64,000 bases of DNA, from contig NC_133623.1 of NCBI RefSeq assembly GCF_048593235.1, forward strand, positions 10,222,211 to 10,286,210. The letters run 5' to 3'. The first letter of the stretch is position 1. Each line of letters opens with the position of its first letter. Below, piece by piece: positions 62,190 through 64,000 of this stretch. A program made the translations under genes and the position numbers. Under the pieces are notes generated by a model. The model made no database searches. It was not told the origin of the DNA and worked only from the letters and a program-made list of their open reading frames with translations. Source of the stretch: Sminthopsis crassicaudata. Lineage: Eukaryota.

Positions 62190-62930
62190 CTTTTCACAGA
62201 ATCCTAGGATTTTCACTTGGAAGGGATTGTAGAGATTATCTAGTCTAATTGCTTCATTTTTAGATTGCAAGACGCAGGCCCTTTGACCTTCCTCATTCAT
62301 CTCCACATGGCTATCTCACATATACTTGGAGCTGTTATGTTCCAAGTTACATTTTTGAAGTTCATAGGTTTAGAAGCTAGAAGAACCTCAAAAAGCTAGA
62401 TTAGAGTCCAATCCCTTTGTTTTACAGAGGAAGAAACTGAGGCCCATAGATTTAGAATGCCTTGCCCAAGATGACATAGCTAGGAAGTAGCCAGGTTTGG
62501 TTTTGAACTTATTTATCCTCACTGCAAATCTGGGGTCAAACTCCAGCAAAATGGGGACCACTAAACCACTACAGGGATCCCTGACCCTAATAATGGTTTA
62601 GAAATCCACTTTGGTAACATTATTTCCGTTCACCTGTATTTTTTGTGCATTTGTTACATATTTTCCAATGACATTTTCAGCTGGTTCAGCTGTGCTTCCC
62701 ATCTAGAGTGATTCCATTGGGATTGCGATGATGCATTTTTAAAAAGTCATATGTTAACTTAGATGGTGAGAATGTGGTATCATTGATTTAGAGCTAGAAG
62801 GAACCTTAAAAAACCATGTCATTCAACCTCTCCTTTTAGAGTGGAAAAAATTGGGCAAAGTGACTTAACCAAAGTCACACCGGTAAATTTGAATGCCAGC
62901 CAGCTTACTCTAAATATAATTTTCTTTCTA
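62190..62930 (-). mobile_element. Cluster of MIR/MIR3 fragments
   Basis: Three reverse-strand pieces (~62190-62300, 62360-62530, 62780-62930) with gagctagaagg / gaaactgaggccc / gtgacttaacc motifs. Confidence 0.65.
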
Positions 62931-63559
62931 TTTGCACCAAATGGTTCCCCCCCCAATACTGTATATTTTTTAAAAAAAACCCTGTAGTGCCAGCCATTTA
63001 AAGATATCTCTTGTTACTCTGAATTGCCTCACAGTTTCAAGGTTTTCTCAACCTTTCTTCCCCCACTCCTCTGCAATACCTAAATGGCAAGCATACTAGC
63101 CCCGCTTCTTCTGATGCTCTCAACCAGCAATGTATGCTGGAACTTGCAGCCCTTGTCCCATCTATCTCCTGTACCAGTTTCACTGAACACTTGCTCTATA
63201 TTGAAGATGAGCTAAGGAGGCAGATGTAACGAAGATATCTGAAGCTTATGGATTCATTAGGGGGTAATATCACCAAACATTTCCTCCATAGTCCACTACT
63301 CACTTTTTTTGGGGGAGGGGGTCTTTTTTTTTCTTTTGTAGAGCAATGTGGGTAATGAAAAGGCTTTCCAGTTAATATGCTTTGAAAACTACAGCATTAT
63401 ATTCTCTCCATCCTGACTACCCAGCTAGGGAATGATTTAATTGAATCCCATGTTCATTGGCATTTCATTTTGACTCCGTTTAAAAGGAAGATTTTTTGAG
63501 TACCATAGAATAGGTAACGTTTTGGTATTTTGTGGATTTAGGAGAAGGGTGTCACAGGA

Positions 63560-64000
63560 GTATTTGTTGAAAGAGCTGGAGAGGAGAAGATTGTTGTCCT
63601 CATGGGGAGGAGGAATTAAATTTGTTGTTCTTGGCTCCAAAAGTCCAAAATTAGGAGTACTACGTAGATGGTCACAAAGGCAGATTTGAGGATAAGGTCA
63701 GGAAGAAATTCCCAGCAATTTGGTGGTTGTTCAGTCATGTCCAGCTGTGACTCCTTTTGGGATTTTCTTGGTAGAGATACTGGAGTGATTGGCCGTTTTA
63801 TTTTCCAGCTCATTTTACAAATGAGGAAACTGAGGTAAACAGGGTAAAGTAACTTTCCCAGGGTCTCACACCCAGGGTCTGAGGCAAGATTTGAACTCAG
63901 GAAGATGAGTCTTCCTGATTTGAGGCCTGGCACTTTATCTACTCCACCACCCAGCTGCTCTTCCCAACAGTTAGAGCTGTCTAAATGTGGAATGACCCTG
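63560..64000 (+). mobile_element. L3/CR1 3' fragment interrupted by Mar1
   Basis: gcagatttgaggataaggtcaggaagaaattccc before and ttagagctgtctaaatgtggaatg after the SINE. Confidence 0.7.
63721..63960 (-). mobile_element. Mar1-like SINE
   Basis: ttcagtcatgtcc ... gggattttcttggtagagatactggagtg ... cattttacaaatgaggaaactgagg; degenerate TSD ttcccagcaatt / ttcccaacagtt at 63709-63720 and 63961-63972. Confidence 0.88.

Overview
Mammalian genomic DNA, most likely from an Australian marsupial of the dasyurid type. This is inferred from the WSINE1-like and Mar1-like CORE-SINEs and the L1 3' tail sequences. Two coding exons are recognisable, both on the + strand: the last coding exon of WDR44 (3634-3728, followed by a 3' UTR of about 1 kb) and the first coding exon of DOCK11 (35281-35382) inside a CpG island (~34.4-36.0 kb). 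This WDR44-DOCK11 order matches the conserved therian X chromosome. Positions 35383-64000 are DOCK11 intron 1; exon 2 was not found. The rest is mostly transposon relics: L1 3' ends (several with clear target-site duplications), L2, L3/CR1, MIR, Mar1, WSINE1, hAT MITEs and a nested hAT transposase fossil. All other ORF-track entries look spurious. I found no evidence for a new multi-gene system. The most unusual items are a ~3.4 kb strand-asymmetric (AG/AC)-rich array with higher-order subunits between the two genes, and a perfect 27-bp inverted repeat in DOCK11 intron 1 with a template-switch signature. Repeat family names come from memory of consensus sequences, not a database search, and boundaries without a TSD are approximate.
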